The translations under genes and the position numbers were made by a program. A stretch of 60,934 nt of DNA, filler included, from Myxococcota bacterium (GTDB taxonomy: Bacteria; Myxococcota_C; UBA6777): assembly GCA_023150835.1 (NCBI GenBank). It is 3 parts of 3 records of this genome, joined end to end, with 100 filler letters (N's around TTAATTAATTAA, not from the genome) between each part and the next. Parts side by side here need not be neighbours in the genome. Positions count along the whole stretch, not along the records: positions 30,957 to 50,013 come from JAKLKB010000132.1; 2 more parts are not named here. One strand, written 5' to 3'. Shown in pieces: positions 38,239-48,919 of this stretch. Below the pieces are notes generated by a model. The model did no database searches. It saw nothing but the letters and a program-made list of their open reading frames with translations, and had not been told where the DNA came from. Every line of letters starts with the position of its first letter. The first letter of the stretch is position 1.

Positions 38239-40110
38239 ATGCCATCGATCGAATTTAGCGCAGACAAACGCGATATCTTTTTTACGCTCTTTGAACAGAT
38301 CGGCGTCAAAGAAGTGCTTTCCGCAGAAGCCTTCCAACATCTCGACGAAGAAACCCTCCAGATGACCCTCGAAGAAGGAATCCGCTTTGCCACGGAAGTT
38401 CTCGGCCCGCACAACCGCGTGTGGGATGTGGATGGCGCACACCACAAAGAAGGTCGTGTTCGCCTGCCTGCTTCTTTTCACAAGGTGTACAAGCAATACA
38501 TCGAAAATGGCTGGAATGGTCTGATCGCCAACCCAGAATATGGAGGACAAGGATTTCCCGAACTGTTCGGCGTCGCCGTCAAAGAAGTCCACACAGGGGC
38601 CAACACCTCGTTTTCTCTGTTGCCGATGCTCACCAACGGAACAAGCCATCTGATCGAAGCCTTCGGCACCGAAGAGATGAAGAAGACCTACTGCGAAAAG
38701 ATGTACACGGGTGTCTGGGGTGGAACGATGTGCTTGACCGAGCCGCAAGCAGGAAGCGATGTTGGCGCACTCAAGACCACCGCTGTCCCCCAAGGCGATC
38801 ACTACTTGATTAAAGGCACCAAGATATTCATCACTTGCGGCGATCAAGACGCCACCGAAAATATCGTCCACGCGGTGCTTGCGCGGCTTCCCAACGCCCC
38901 CCAAGGCAGCAAGGGCATCAGCCTTTTTCTTGTGCCCACCCGCTTCGTCAACCCTGACGGCAGTCTAGGCGCACACAATGATCTTGAATGCGCACGCATC
39001 GAAGAAAAGATGGGCATACACGGCTCGCCGACGTGCGTGATGAATTTTGGCGAAAATGACCAATGCAAGGGCTGGTTGCTTGGTGAAGCCAACCAAGGCA
39101 TGGCTTGTATGTTTCAGATGATGAACGAAGCCCGCCTTGGTGTCGGTGTCCAAGGGCTTGCAAGCGGTGCAGCCGCCTATTTGAGCGCTCTTGGTTATGC
39201 GATCCAACGCCGCCAAGGGGCCGATCCCAAGAACTTCAAAGATCCAAACGCCCCTCGCGCCGAGATCATCAAACACCCAGATATCCGCCGAATGCTGTTG
39301 ACCATGAAAGCCTACGTCGAAGGCATCCGCAGCACGATCTACCACACGGGCCTTTACATCGACCTGTCCAAAAATCACAAAGACCCCGAACAACGGAAGT
39401 TTTATCATCTGCTCGTCGAGCTGTTGACCCCGATCTGCAAAGCCTACGGCAGCGACATGGGCTTCAAAGTCTGCGATATGGCTGTCCAAACATACGGTGG
39501 CTACGGCTACACCCAAGACTACCCTGTCGAACAATACTTGCGCGACGTAAAGATCGCCGCCATCTACGAAGGAACCAACGGGATCCAAGCCATCGACCTG
39601 CTTTCTCGAAAGCTCGGAACGCTCGATGGTTTGCGCTTTACCACATGGATGACTCTGGTGGATAAAACGCTTGCTCCGCTCTCCAACCATCCGCTGCAAG
39701 GGCTTGTTGCACAAGTCAAAGCAGCCCAAAAGCAATTGCAAGAAAGCACGCTCGTGCTTCAACAACAGATGCGCAAAGGCAACCTTAACCACGGCCTGCT
39801 TAACGCGACCACTTATCTTGAGATGTTTGGGAACTTCTGCGCGGCGTTTTACCTGACCCATGCAGCGACGATCGCGCACGACCAACTTCAAAAACACATC
39901 GAAAAAGCCCACGCCACCACCCCCGAAGCCCTTCAAGATCTCTTGCGCAAAAACAACGAAGCGGCCTTTTATCACGCCAAGATCTGCACAGCCCGCTTCT
40001 TTAACGACCGTCTGCTCACCAACAACCACGCGATCGCCGCAACTATCCTATCCACCGACGACTCCGCCATCGACATCCTGTTCGCCGATGAGCAAGAGAT
40101 CCATTCCTGA
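38239..40110 (+). CDS. Acyl-CoA dehydrogenase (long ~600-aa class)
   Basis: GTMCLTEPQAGSD, GTKIFIT, EEKMGIHGSPT, GGYGY, IYEGTNGIQAIDL. Confidence 0.95.
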   Translation: MPSIEFSADKRDIFFTLFEQIGVKEVLSAEAFQHLDEETLQMTLEEGIRFATEVLGPHNRVWDVDGAHHKEGRVRLPASFHKVYKQYIENGWNGLIANPEYGGQGFPELFGVAVKEVHTGANTSFSLLPMLTNGTSHLIEAFGTEEMKKTYCEKMYTGVWGGTMCLTEPQAGSDVGALKTTAVPQGDHYLIKGTKIFITCGDQDATENIVHAVLARLPNAPQGSKGISLFLVPTRFVNPDGSLGAHNDLECARIEEKMGIHGSPTCVMNFGENDQCKGWLLGEANQGMACMFQMMNEARLGVGVQGLASGAAAYLSALGYAIQRRQGADPKNFKDPNAPRAEIIKHPDIRRMLLTMKAYVEGIRSTIYHTGLYIDLSKNHKDPEQRKFYHLLVELLTPICKAYGSDMGFKVCDMAVQTYGGYGYTQDYPVEQYLRDVKIAAIYEGTNGIQAIDLLSRKLGTLDGLRFTTWMTLVDKTLAPLSNHPLQGLVAQVKAAQKQLQESTLVLQQQMRKGNLNHGLLNATTYLEMFGNFCAAFYLTHAATIAHDQLQKHIEKAHATTPEALQDLLRKNNEAAFYHAKICTARFFNDRLLTNNHAIAATILSTDDSAIDILFADEQEIHS

Positions 40111-40139
40111 TCAGACTCCGTATGCGTGGAGGAACGGAC

Positions 40140-41171
40140 ATGCGGCTACCCGCTCTCGAAGCTTATCCCATCGGCGAAGTGCTTGAATGCAAGCCGATCG
40201 TGGTGGGTTTGATTCATCAAACGTATCGGATCGCTTGTAGAGAAGGTGCTTATAGCTTGCAGGGACTTCACCCCAAACTTGCAAGTGACGGGATCATGGC
40301 CGATTACGAGGTCGTGAATCGTGCGCTGATCGAGCGCGGCTTGCCTGTTCCTCGGCTGGTGTGGACACGCGAGAACCAAAGCTTCTACCAAGACGAGACG
40401 GGGAAACGCTGGCGATTGACCACTTGGCTTGAAGGACGATGTGTCGAAGCTCCTCAGCACGACGAGATGGTACGTAGTGCCGCTGCTTTGTTGGGCCGAT
40501 TTCACGCAAAGATGGCTGACTTCGACTACACCTTCCGATCCACCCACCCGCTTCACAAGACCGAACACCACCTTGCACGCCTCCAAGAAGCAGCCCACAC
40601 GTTTCAAGGTTCGCCGCTGTGGTCGGATATCGCAGAGATCGCCACACAAGTCCAAGCCGATATCCCCTCCTTGCTGTTGCCCCCTGAACTCCCACGTGGC
40701 GTTGTTCACGGTGATCCCAAGATCTCCAACCTGCTCTTTGATGCGGACGATCACGCCATCGCCTTGATCGATCTTGATACATGCAACCGCCACAGCGTCC
40801 TTGTCGATGTCGGTGATGCGGTGCGTTCGTGGTGTCGCCAAGGCAGCGAAGATCGCGTTCAGCCTTTTTCACTCGAACGCTTCCAAGCGCTGATCGAAGG
40901 ATACGCTTCGACCTATTCTTCGCTGTCTTCGGCAGAACGGGACTTTTTGCCGCACGCAGGCCGCCTGATCACCCTCGAACTGACCGCTCGCTTTGCTACG
41001 GATTATCTCGAAGATAGCTATTTTGGTTGGGACAACCAGCGTTATCCGACCCGCCGCGCCCACAACCTCGCCCGCGCCCAAGCCATGCTCGCCCTCGCCC
41101 AAGAGATGAAAGCCCACACCGAGACCTTGGCGGCGATCGTCATCAAGGCTTTTTCTCGGAAAATCGCTTGA
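40140..41171 (+). CDS. Aminoglycoside phosphotransferase/choline kinase-like protein
   Basis: GLIHQTY, HGDPKISNLLF, IDLDT, GDAVRS. Confidence 0.88.
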   Translation: MRLPALEAYPIGEVLECKPIVVGLIHQTYRIACREGAYSLQGLHPKLASDGIMADYEVVNRALIERGLPVPRLVWTRENQSFYQDETGKRWRLTTWLEGRCVEAPQHDEMVRSAAALLGRFHAKMADFDYTFRSTHPLHKTEHHLARLQEAAHTFQGSPLWSDIAEIATQVQADIPSLLLPPELPRGVVHGDPKISNLLFDADDHAIALIDLDTCNRHSVLVDVGDAVRSWCRQGSEDRVQPFSLERFQALIEGYASTYSSLSSAERDFLPHAGRLITLELTARFATDYLEDSYFGWDNQRYPTRRAHNLARAQAMLALAQEMKAHTETLAAIVIKAFSRKIA

Positions 41172-41329
41172 CAATGCGCTGCATAAGAGGCATCTCTTCT
41201 GCCGCAAATGAGGCATACTTCACCGACCGATCCACAAGCGCGATCTGTGTGTTGTTCTCGAACCATGCAAGCATGTGATCTTTTCAAGCCCACGCGGCGG
41301 CGCGGGCGATATGAGGGAGCGTTGGCGTT

Positions 41330-42868
41330 ATGGCGAAAAAGAAAAAGCTCGAAGAGACCGAAGTCACCACCCACACAAAACAGACCAAAGTTAAATCCAC
41401 CGAAACCACCGAAGACACCGAAGACACCGTCGATGCGAAAGAGGCTTCTTCGCAAGAAGAACAGCCCGGATCTGCCGCTCATTTGAAATCCCCCCATGAA
41501 CACGCCCAAGAGCACGCCCAAGAGCACGCCCATGAACACGCCCAAGAGCACGCCCATGAACACGCCCACAAACACACACAAAAACACACACAAAAACACA
41601 CACAGACGAGCGCCGAAGACGCGCCGAAAAAGCACACACGCAGCAAAAAAGCCGATCATCCGACAGATCTGATCGCAGCGGTGGTTCAAAAGGGCGAAAG
41701 CCATCTCCAACACGCCACCCAAGCCGCAGAAAAAGCCGTCAAAGCCACACAAAAAGCCTCCAAAACCATCGTAGAAGCCGCAAGCGAGGCAGGCCACCTG
41801 ATCGTGGAAGCTGCAACACAAACCACAGACGCCGCACGCCACGCGCTTGAAGACGCCGCACAAGTGACGGGGGAAGCCTTGGGTGGGGCCGTCGAGGAAG
41901 CCACAAAAACCGTACGCCAAGTCGCCAACGAAGTCGTTGACAGCGCAAGCCACGCCGCACACAAAGCCAGCGAAGATCTCTCTCATGCCGCACAAGATGT
42001 CGTCAAAGCCGCACAAAAGGCCGCCAAACAACTCCAACGCAGCGCCGAAGAGATCCTCCACGAAGCCCAAGCCGCCTTGCGCGAATCCACACACAACAAC
42101 CCCCCCGTGTCGCACGATCAATCCCTTGTATCGAGCAGTATCAACCCTGATCCTCGCGCTCCCGAGGTCTCGATCGTGATCCCTGTTTACAACGAAGAAG
42201 GCATCATCACTTCTTCGGTCGAGGATCTGGTTCGCCGCCTCACCGAGATGGGTTGGTCCTACGAACTGATCCTTGCGGAAAACGGTAGCCGTGACGCCAC
42301 CACCGCACTTGCCAACAACCTTGCGTCTCGTTTCCCTTCGGTTCGCGTGATCCATGCAGGCGAACCCAACTACGGAAAAGCGATGCGCCTTGGAATCCTC
42401 GAATCACGCGGAACATACGTCATCTGTGACGAGATCGATCTGTGTGACACGCGCTTTTATCGCGATGCGATGGCGCTCTTGCGCAGTGATGCCGCAGACA
42501 TGGTGGTGGGGAGCAAGCTGTTGTCGGGTTCGTTGGACAATCGCGGATGGCTGCGCAATACCGCAAGCCAAGTCCTCAACAATATGCTGCGCGTTGCTGT
42601 GGGCTTTGAAGGCACCGATACACACGGACTCAAAGCCTTCCGTCGCGACCGTATCCTTCGGCTTGTCGAAGCCTGCCAAGTGGACAAAGATCTGTTTGCC
42701 TCCGAACTGGTGATCCGCGTGTGGCGCTCGACTGCCCGCATCAAAGAGATCCCCCTTCAGATCGAAGAAAAACGCAAACCCAGCATCAACTTGTTCCGTC
42801 GTGTGCCAAACGTCCTCAAAAACATGGGGAAACTGGTGTGGCTTTTCCGTGTACGCGGTGATATGTGA
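41330..42868 (+). CDS. Family 2 glycosyltransferase with long low-complexity N-terminus
   Basis: VSIVIPVYNEE, ENGSRD, NYGKA, DEIDL, TDTHGLKAF; N-terminal His-rich tetrapeptide and Ala-rich amphipathic repeats. Confidence 0.88.
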   Translation: MAKKKKLEETEVTTHTKQTKVKSTETTEDTEDTVDAKEASSQEEQPGSAAHLKSPHEHAQEHAQEHAHEHAQEHAHEHAHKHTQKHTQKHTQTSAEDAPKKHTRSKKADHPTDLIAAVVQKGESHLQHATQAAEKAVKATQKASKTIVEAASEAGHLIVEAATQTTDAARHALEDAAQVTGEALGGAVEEATKTVRQVANEVVDSASHAAHKASEDLSHAAQDVVKAAQKAAKQLQRSAEEILHEAQAALRESTHNNPPVSHDQSLVSSSINPDPRAPEVSIVIPVYNEEGIITSSVEDLVRRLTEMGWSYELILAENGSRDATTALANNLASRFPSVRVIHAGEPNYGKAMRLGILESRGTYVICDEIDLCDTRFYRDAMALLRSDAADMVVGSKLLSGSLDNRGWLRNTASQVLNNMLRVAVGFEGTDTHGLKAFRRDRILRLVEACQVDKDLFASELVIRVWRSTARIKEIPLQIEEKRKPSINLFRRVPNVLKNMGKLVWLFRVRGDM

Positions 42869-42990
42869 TCTTCCCCGTCATCCCGACGTTTGCGCGTTCT
42901 TCGCTGCGTCAACACCTCTCTGCCCGCCTTCTCCAGACCTTGCCAAAATGCTCTCCATGTCCGACGTTCCTCGCAAACGATTGAGGGTTT

Positions 42991-44037
42991 GTGTTGTGTG
43001 CAGTAACTCCCACCACACGTACCCTCGCCATCTTGGAGATCTTGCTCTTGGAACTGGCCAGTTATTTGTGCCAACGCGCACGACTCCCTTTCCCCCCCCA
43101 ACTCCAGACGCTTGCGGCCACAGAACGCCTTGCGATCGCAGCGCGCAGCGTCTACCTGCACCGACTCTTTCAGATGGGGGGCGTGCTTGCTCAATCCATC
43201 CCACAAAACGGGCATCTCCACAGCCAACGCTTGTGGGATCTCCCCCCCAAAGCCCTCGCTCTCGGACCCGATGCTTCGGCCCTTCTGCAATCCCTTGAAC
43301 AGATCCTACGCAACAGACAGACCGACACGATCCCCCCACCCTCGCAAGGGGGGGATGTCTTGTTCTACCATGCGATCACCCTGCTCTTCCTCGATCATCC
43401 TCACCCCACGCTCTCCCAACAATTGTCTCGTGTCTCTCCGTTGACTCGCCTTTGCCGCTTTCCCATTATTCCCGAACACCCGCCACTTCGGCTTCTCGAT
43501 CAAGAAAGCGGCCACCCTGCCCTCACTCACGAAGAAGCCGAAGCCTTGCAACAACACCCTGCCGTCCACTTCTTTTCGGCTTATCTCGCCGATCAGTGGT
43601 CGCTCTTCCCCCCCCCAACGCCCCAAGTCCCGCCCGAAGAACAGATCGCCCACTTGAGAACTCGGTTGGCGACGCTTTTGTTGTGGATGGAGACCGCCCC
43701 ACGCACAGGCCGTTTTTCGCTTCTCAGCGTTTTTCCTTTGTGGTGGAAACGCTTACTTTCCGAGCACTTTGTCGAAAAAGTCACGGAGATCCAAAACTTT
43801 CGTACCTACCGCTTATCCCAGCGCGAAGCGCTGGTCTTTTGCTATGCCGAATTCTTGCGCCTTGGCGAGCGCCTTACAACGATCATCGAACAATACATCA
43901 CACGCCCCGGCCCTTATGGTTGGGAAGATCCCGCCGAAGTGCGTGTATTTCTAAGCGTCGCAGGTCGCCAATGGACCAGCGGTGGACTCCAACAACGCGT
44001 TCAAGAAGCCCAACACCAACTGCGCCGCAGCCTTTGA
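42991..44037 (+). CDS. FtsH-ternary-system accessory protein (fvmX6-like)
   Basis: First gene of the MoxR/vWA operon; GG...RLWD..L.L segment recalled as resembling fvmX6; assigned by recall plus context. Confidence 0.55.
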   Translation: MLCAVTPTTRTLAILEILLLELASYLCQRARLPFPPQLQTLAATERLAIAARSVYLHRLFQMGGVLAQSIPQNGHLHSQRLWDLPPKALALGPDASALLQSLEQILRNRQTDTIPPPSQGGDVLFYHAITLLFLDHPHPTLSQQLSRVSPLTRLCRFPIIPEHPPLRLLDQESGHPALTHEEAEALQQHPAVHFFSAYLADQWSLFPPPTPQVPPEEQIAHLRTRLATLLLWMETAPRTGRFSLLSVFPLWWKRLLSEHFVEKVTEIQNFRTYRLSQREALVFCYAEFLRLGERLTTIIEQYITRPGPYGWEDPAEVRVFLSVAGRQWTSGGLQQRVQEAQHQLRRSL

Positions 44038-44109
44038 GGACGCCAAGGTACCCAACACCACACCCAAAACAGCCACTTCCCCCCGCCACCACCGCATAAA
44101 GGGTTTGTT

Positions 44110-46116
44110 ATGTCGCCCAAAGCTCATTGGTATCTTTTCCCCCGCGAACCTGATCTGCGTGCCGCTTTGTCCCAAGAATCCACCGCACTTTTGCATCCCT
44201 ACCAACTTTGGCGCATCCACACACCCCCTCATGCCAACTCTGCCTTGCTTTTGCGCACCGAACAACCGCTGTCTTCAACTCCTTTCGCGACAGCGGTCTC
44301 TGTCCTCCCCCCAACGCCCGCTCCCAACGAAACCCTGCTCACCCTCACACACACCACCCCTCCCTCCCCACCTCGAACAGTTGAGGCGGCCTTGTGGCGA
44401 CAAGGCTCCTGTCTTCTTGCTGCCCTTGGAATGCAAGAGGCACGATCCACAGATCAACTCCAAACCCTCGCATGGATCCTGTATGATCTTCCTGCACAGA
44501 TGCTCCAAGAACTCGTCTCGGATCACCTCGCACTCGACAACCACGACCTGCGATGCACCTACACCCCAACACAACGGGCTTGGCTATGGAGTCGCCGTGC
44601 CGAAAGCTTCCTGACCCTGAAATACAGCGCACGCCCCAACGTCCGCCTTTATCAGTCCTTCCAAGACGCACCACATATCTTGACTCCCCTCGGACAACGC
44701 GGCCCCTTCGCCCCCTCCCTCCCACAGGGCGAACACCTGCTTGTGCTTGAGGCGGATGGAACGACGCGATCCCTCCAAACCTCCGAATGGTGGGCCGCAA
44801 GCGAGCACTTGCACATCCAAGATCTCCCCACACCACAGCCCACCTCTGCATTCGATCCTCCCCCGCCCATCCGTCTCGCCCTACGTTACATCCACGCCGA
44901 ACCACGCGATATCCCGCTGCTTTGGCTGCTCGAAGGCGAACCAGCCCACCCAGCCATCGAAAGCCTCTTTTTTGAGCTAGGTATCGAAGAGCGCCGCGCC
45001 ATCAGCCTCGCGATCACGCACCTCCCCGAAACGACACAGCCGCTGTTTTTCTTGCGCGATGATCGACCCACGCCCACTTCTCCGCTATTTCATGCTGATC
45101 AAGCGATCGGTTTCGTTCCTTTTCTTCCTCAAGAAGGATTCTACATCCAACACGCTTTTCGTCTGTATCCCTCTCTCCCTCCCAACGTCCTCAAAAACAC
45201 CTTCCGCTTGCATTACGGGCGCTATACGATACTTCAGCCCAAAGCACACACGCCACAACCAAGGTTATTGTGTGTGCCTCGCGAGAGCTTCCAACCCATC
45301 GAGACGTATCTCCATTACCAGATCGGCGCACACCCCGAAGAAGTTCGCCAACTCGCCCAACACACCGCCCTCGATATCCTTTTTGAACCCACTTCGCTCC
45401 CCGCCCCCTCCGCAGCACACACCCCCACCGCTGCGCCCCCGCCTCACCCCGAAGCGCCCAACGCTCCTTCACGCGCACAAGCCTCCGTAGACCTCGATCC
45501 TGCTCCGCTCGCCCCCACACGCCGCAGCGAGCAAGAAAACGCTCTTCAAAAACTCGAACAACGCTTGCGCGAACGCACGCGGCGCGGCGAACACCCCACC
45601 ACCCACGAATGGATCGAACTCGCCCGCCTTTACTACCGAGAATACATTCAAAAACAAAATCAACTCGCCCTTCAAGAAGCCCTCAAAGCCATCGATCAAG
45701 TCCTCTATCTCGACCGTTGCGCGCCTGACGCCGTCCAACTCGAACGCGCCATCCTCGAAGAAACTCTCCGAACGATCGGCCTCTCTTTCTCCGAACAGAT
45801 GCGATCTCTCGATGCGCACCTCCAAAGCAAAGAACCCTTGCGTATGCGTCTGGCCTTCCGACTCCGCGCACGTTTACTCCTCGAACAATACGACGGTCCA
45901 GAAGATCAACGCATCGCTTTGCGCTTGCATTTTTACCGCGACTTCGCCGCCATCGAAGACTCCTTGATGATCCGCGAACATTACATCTACGCCGAAGGAG
46001 TCGCTCTGACCCTTCAAGACGACGAACTCTACGAACGCGCACGCTTGCGATACCGCCAAGCGCTCCAAGATCAAGCACGACTCCAGCACGAGCTGCCCCT
46101 TGTCCTCTTGCCCTAA
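44110..46116 (+). CDS. FtsH-ternary-system accessory protein (fvmX7-like) with helical C-terminus
   Basis: 668-aa ORF directly upstream of the MoxR ATPase; LALR...LWLL and FYI...RLYPSL segments. Confidence 0.5.
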   Translation: MSPKAHWYLFPREPDLRAALSQESTALLHPYQLWRIHTPPHANSALLLRTEQPLSSTPFATAVSVLPPTPAPNETLLTLTHTTPPSPPRTVEAALWRQGSCLLAALGMQEARSTDQLQTLAWILYDLPAQMLQELVSDHLALDNHDLRCTYTPTQRAWLWSRRAESFLTLKYSARPNVRLYQSFQDAPHILTPLGQRGPFAPSLPQGEHLLVLEADGTTRSLQTSEWWAASEHLHIQDLPTPQPTSAFDPPPPIRLALRYIHAEPRDIPLLWLLEGEPAHPAIESLFFELGIEERRAISLAITHLPETTQPLFFLRDDRPTPTSPLFHADQAIGFVPFLPQEGFYIQHAFRLYPSLPPNVLKNTFRLHYGRYTILQPKAHTPQPRLLCVPRESFQPIETYLHYQIGAHPEEVRQLAQHTALDILFEPTSLPAPSAAHTPTAAPPPHPEAPNAPSRAQASVDLDPAPLAPTRRSEQENALQKLEQRLRERTRRGEHPTTHEWIELARLYYREYIQKQNQLALQEALKAIDQVLYLDRCAPDAVQLERAILEETLRTIGLSFSEQMRSLDAHLQSKEPLRMRLAFRLRARLLLEQYDGPEDQRIALRLHFYRDFAAIEDSLMIREHYIYAEGVALTLQDDELYERARLRYRQALQDQARLQHELPLVLLP

Positions 46117-46200
46117 ACACACCACCATACCCCGCGCAACCATGCCTAGCAGAAAGGAGACGCGACGTGAAAGAATTTTTGCAAACGTCGCATACACCGC

Positions 46201-47163
46201 ATGAATCCAACGATCTCCATCTCTGAAGCCCGCCACCAACTCCGTCTGCTCGCTCGCAGCCTACAACGCGAGTTTGTAGGCCGCGAAGAAACCATCGATC
46301 TGCTCGTCCTTTGCGCCGTCGCAGGCGAACCGCTGCTCCTGATCGGCCCACCCGGCGTCGGCAAAACCGCTCTGATCAAAACCTTTGCCAAACGCATCGG
46401 ACTCAAAGATCACGAACTCTTCGATTACTTAATCACCCGATTCACCGAGCCTAGCGAACTGATCGGCCCGATCGATATCCACGCCCTCCGCGAAGGTCAT
46501 TACCGCAGACGCGTCCAAGGCAAACTCCCCACCTCCAAGCTCGCCTTTATCGACGAGATCTTTAAAGCCAACAGCGCCATCCTCAACACCCTCCTGAGCG
46601 TCCTCAACGAACGCTGCTATTACCAAGACGGACGCGCAGAACCCGTAGACACCGAGATCTTTCTCGCTGCCTCCAACCGCATCGCCGACGACCCCGAACT
46701 CGAAGCCCTTCGCGACCGCTTTTTGCTCAAGGTCGAACTCCGCGAAGTAAAACGCGAACACTTTGATCCCCTGCTCCGTCAAGGCATGCTCCAAGAACTC
46801 GAACGACGGCTCCAACGCAACACTCCCCCGCTGATCCAACTCGAAACCTTTCTTCAACTTCGGCAACACCTTGACGAAGGATTGCTCGCCACCGTCGAGC
46901 AAGATCGCGATGATCCACTCTTTCCCTCCGAGATGCGACGCTTGTTTGAGCGACTGGTGATCTCCCTCGATACCGAAGGATACGCTCGCATCAGCGATCG
47001 CGCTTTGATCAAACTCTACCGCATCATCCGCTTTCATGCGTTCCTTCTCGGTCGTGGCGAAGTCCAACACGAAGACCTGTTTTTGCTCGCCTACACCGCC
47101 AACCGACAAGACTATCTCACCCCCCTTCGCCAACGCGTCACCACGCTACTCGATCTGGCCTAA
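46201..47163 (+). CDS. MoxR/RavA-like AAA+ ATPase
   Basis: GPPGVGKT, YLITRFTEPSELIGP, FIDEIFKANSAILNTLL, ASN, ALRDRF. Confidence 0.92.
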   Translation: MNPTISISEARHQLRLLARSLQREFVGREETIDLLVLCAVAGEPLLLIGPPGVGKTALIKTFAKRIGLKDHELFDYLITRFTEPSELIGPIDIHALREGHYRRRVQGKLPTSKLAFIDEIFKANSAILNTLLSVLNERCYYQDGRAEPVDTEIFLAASNRIADDPELEALRDRFLLKVELREVKREHFDPLLRQGMLQELERRLQRNTPPLIQLETFLQLRQHLDEGLLATVEQDRDDPLFPSEMRRLFERLVISLDTEGYARISDRALIKLYRIIRFHAFLLGRGEVQHEDLFLLAYTANRQDYLTPLRQRVTTLLDLA

Positions 47164-47221
47164 ACTCTTGTCCTCTCTCGGTTTTGAGGCTTCACCCTCC
47201 CTCACATCAACAAGGTTTCAG

Positions 47222-48919
47222 ATGACCCACGCCACCCCACCCCACCTCTCCGTCCCCAAGATCACCATCCCGATCGCCGAAAAGCGCAACAGCCCGCACC
47301 AACGCAACTACTACGAAGAACGCGAACGCATGTACCAATGGGGCAGTCTTGCCCTGTCTTTGCGCCAAGATCGCCACGATCTCCCCACCCTCCGACGCGC
47401 TTTGCTTCTCCATCGAGAAACCATTCTACAACTACGCAAAACCCCGCCCCTTGGACTTTTCCTCGATCTTCTTGGCATCCTCCAACGCGGCGAACAGATC
47501 TCCTTGCGCACCATCGATCACGAAGATCCTTCTCTCCAACGCGCTCTTCGCCGACAACAAAACGATCTGCTCTGGCGCATCCTCCGATGCCACCGCTTCT
47601 TTCGCATCCAACACCTCCTCCAACAACTCCCCACAACTCCCACCACCAAAAAAACCAGCGAGATATCCGATCCCCTCTCTTTACGCGAACAAGCCCATGT
47701 CTACTTGCTTGCCCAATGGCTCCATCTGATCCAAGATCTGCTCTTTGAAACCTTTCCGCCTCACACTCTCCCTGACGCCTTTCCGCCCTATCCTCCGCCA
47801 CTTTGGTGGCAACACCCCGAAGAAGCCCTACAGATCTTCGACCTCGCCCTCGCAGAACCCGGATGGAGTCTCAAACAAGCTCACGCCATCTTCGATCGCT
47901 TTGTCCAAATCCCCGAAGAGATCCTCTTTCCCGATAGCGTCTTTTTGATCCTTCAACACATCGAACTCATGCCCTCCAAACTCGAACGCGTCCGCTGGCA
48001 ACAACTCTCCGAGATCTACACCGCTCTTCCTCCTCTTCAAACCCACCAACAGCTAATCCGCATCCGCGATCTGGGCTACGCACAGATGCTCCTGCCTTCT
48101 CCTAGCGAGATCCCCGAAGGCGGAATCAACGGCTTGACCCACCAAGGCAAGATCGAAAGCCTCCTCCCCTCCGAACTCCTCTATTGGGAAGACTCCCCTT
48201 CAGCCCAACACATCGACCTTTTCGCGCTCCGATGGGTCGAACAAGAGCTACTGTTCTTCCAAAGAGAACAAGAATTCACCTTTACCAAACACCGCACCCT
48301 CTCGATCTGTCTCGACCTTGACCTCGGAGATGCCCGATACAAGGCCCCGAACGCACCCGTCCCCGTCCATGCGCTGATCTTTGGCTTCCTCGCTCGCCTC
48401 TCCAACGATCTGCGCCGCCTCTGCCCCCAAGAAGTCCTCTCCCTGCGTTACCGCCTCGGCCCTGATACATGGGCCGAGGATATCGCCCTTTGGAAGCTCT
48501 TTCTCACCAGCATCGATGGCGTGGGCAGCCAAACCCACCTCTCCCTCCAACCCAACATCCAACACACCATCCTCCACCAACGACCATCCAGCGGAGAGTT
48601 TCGACTCCTTGTCGTCACCCCAACCACCTTGCCTCCTTACCTTCACTCCACGCTCGAACCCCCGTTCCATGCGCTTCTTTGCTTTGCACCAGCCCCCCTC
48701 CACGAACCCTCACTCTCTCCCGTCCCCCACCATCGGCTCCCTCCAACCTCCCTCCAACCTCCTCTCCACCCCCCACGATGGCTCCTTGGCTTCTCCGAGC
48801 AGCAAGACATACAACACACCCTTGCCAACCTCCGTGATCTTCTCTTAGCTTCTATCCTACGGATCTCCCCAACTCGGGGAGCAGCATACACCCCCATGCA
48901 CAGGGAGTCCCCACCATGA
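47222..48919 (+). CDS. vWA/ViaA-like partner of the MoxR ATPase
   Basis: GGINGLTHQGKIESLLPSELL...DLFALRWVEQELLFFQR motif typical of ViaA-like proteins; start uncertain. Confidence 0.75.
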   Translation: MTHATPPHLSVPKITIPIAEKRNSPHQRNYYEERERMYQWGSLALSLRQDRHDLPTLRRALLLHRETILQLRKTPPLGLFLDLLGILQRGEQISLRTIDHEDPSLQRALRRQQNDLLWRILRCHRFFRIQHLLQQLPTTPTTKKTSEISDPLSLREQAHVYLLAQWLHLIQDLLFETFPPHTLPDAFPPYPPPLWWQHPEEALQIFDLALAEPGWSLKQAHAIFDRFVQIPEEILFPDSVFLILQHIELMPSKLERVRWQQLSEIYTALPPLQTHQQLIRIRDLGYAQMLLPSPSEIPEGGINGLTHQGKIESLLPSELLYWEDSPSAQHIDLFALRWVEQELLFFQREQEFTFTKHRTLSICLDLDLGDARYKAPNAPVPVHALIFGFLARLSNDLRRLCPQEVLSLRYRLGPDTWAEDIALWKLFLTSIDGVGSQTHLSLQPNIQHTILHQRPSSGEFRLLVVTPTTLPPYLHSTLEPPFHALLCFAPAPLHEPSLSPVPHHRLPPTSLQPPLHPPRWLLGFSEQQDIQHTLANLRDLLLASILRISPTRGAAYTPMHRESPP

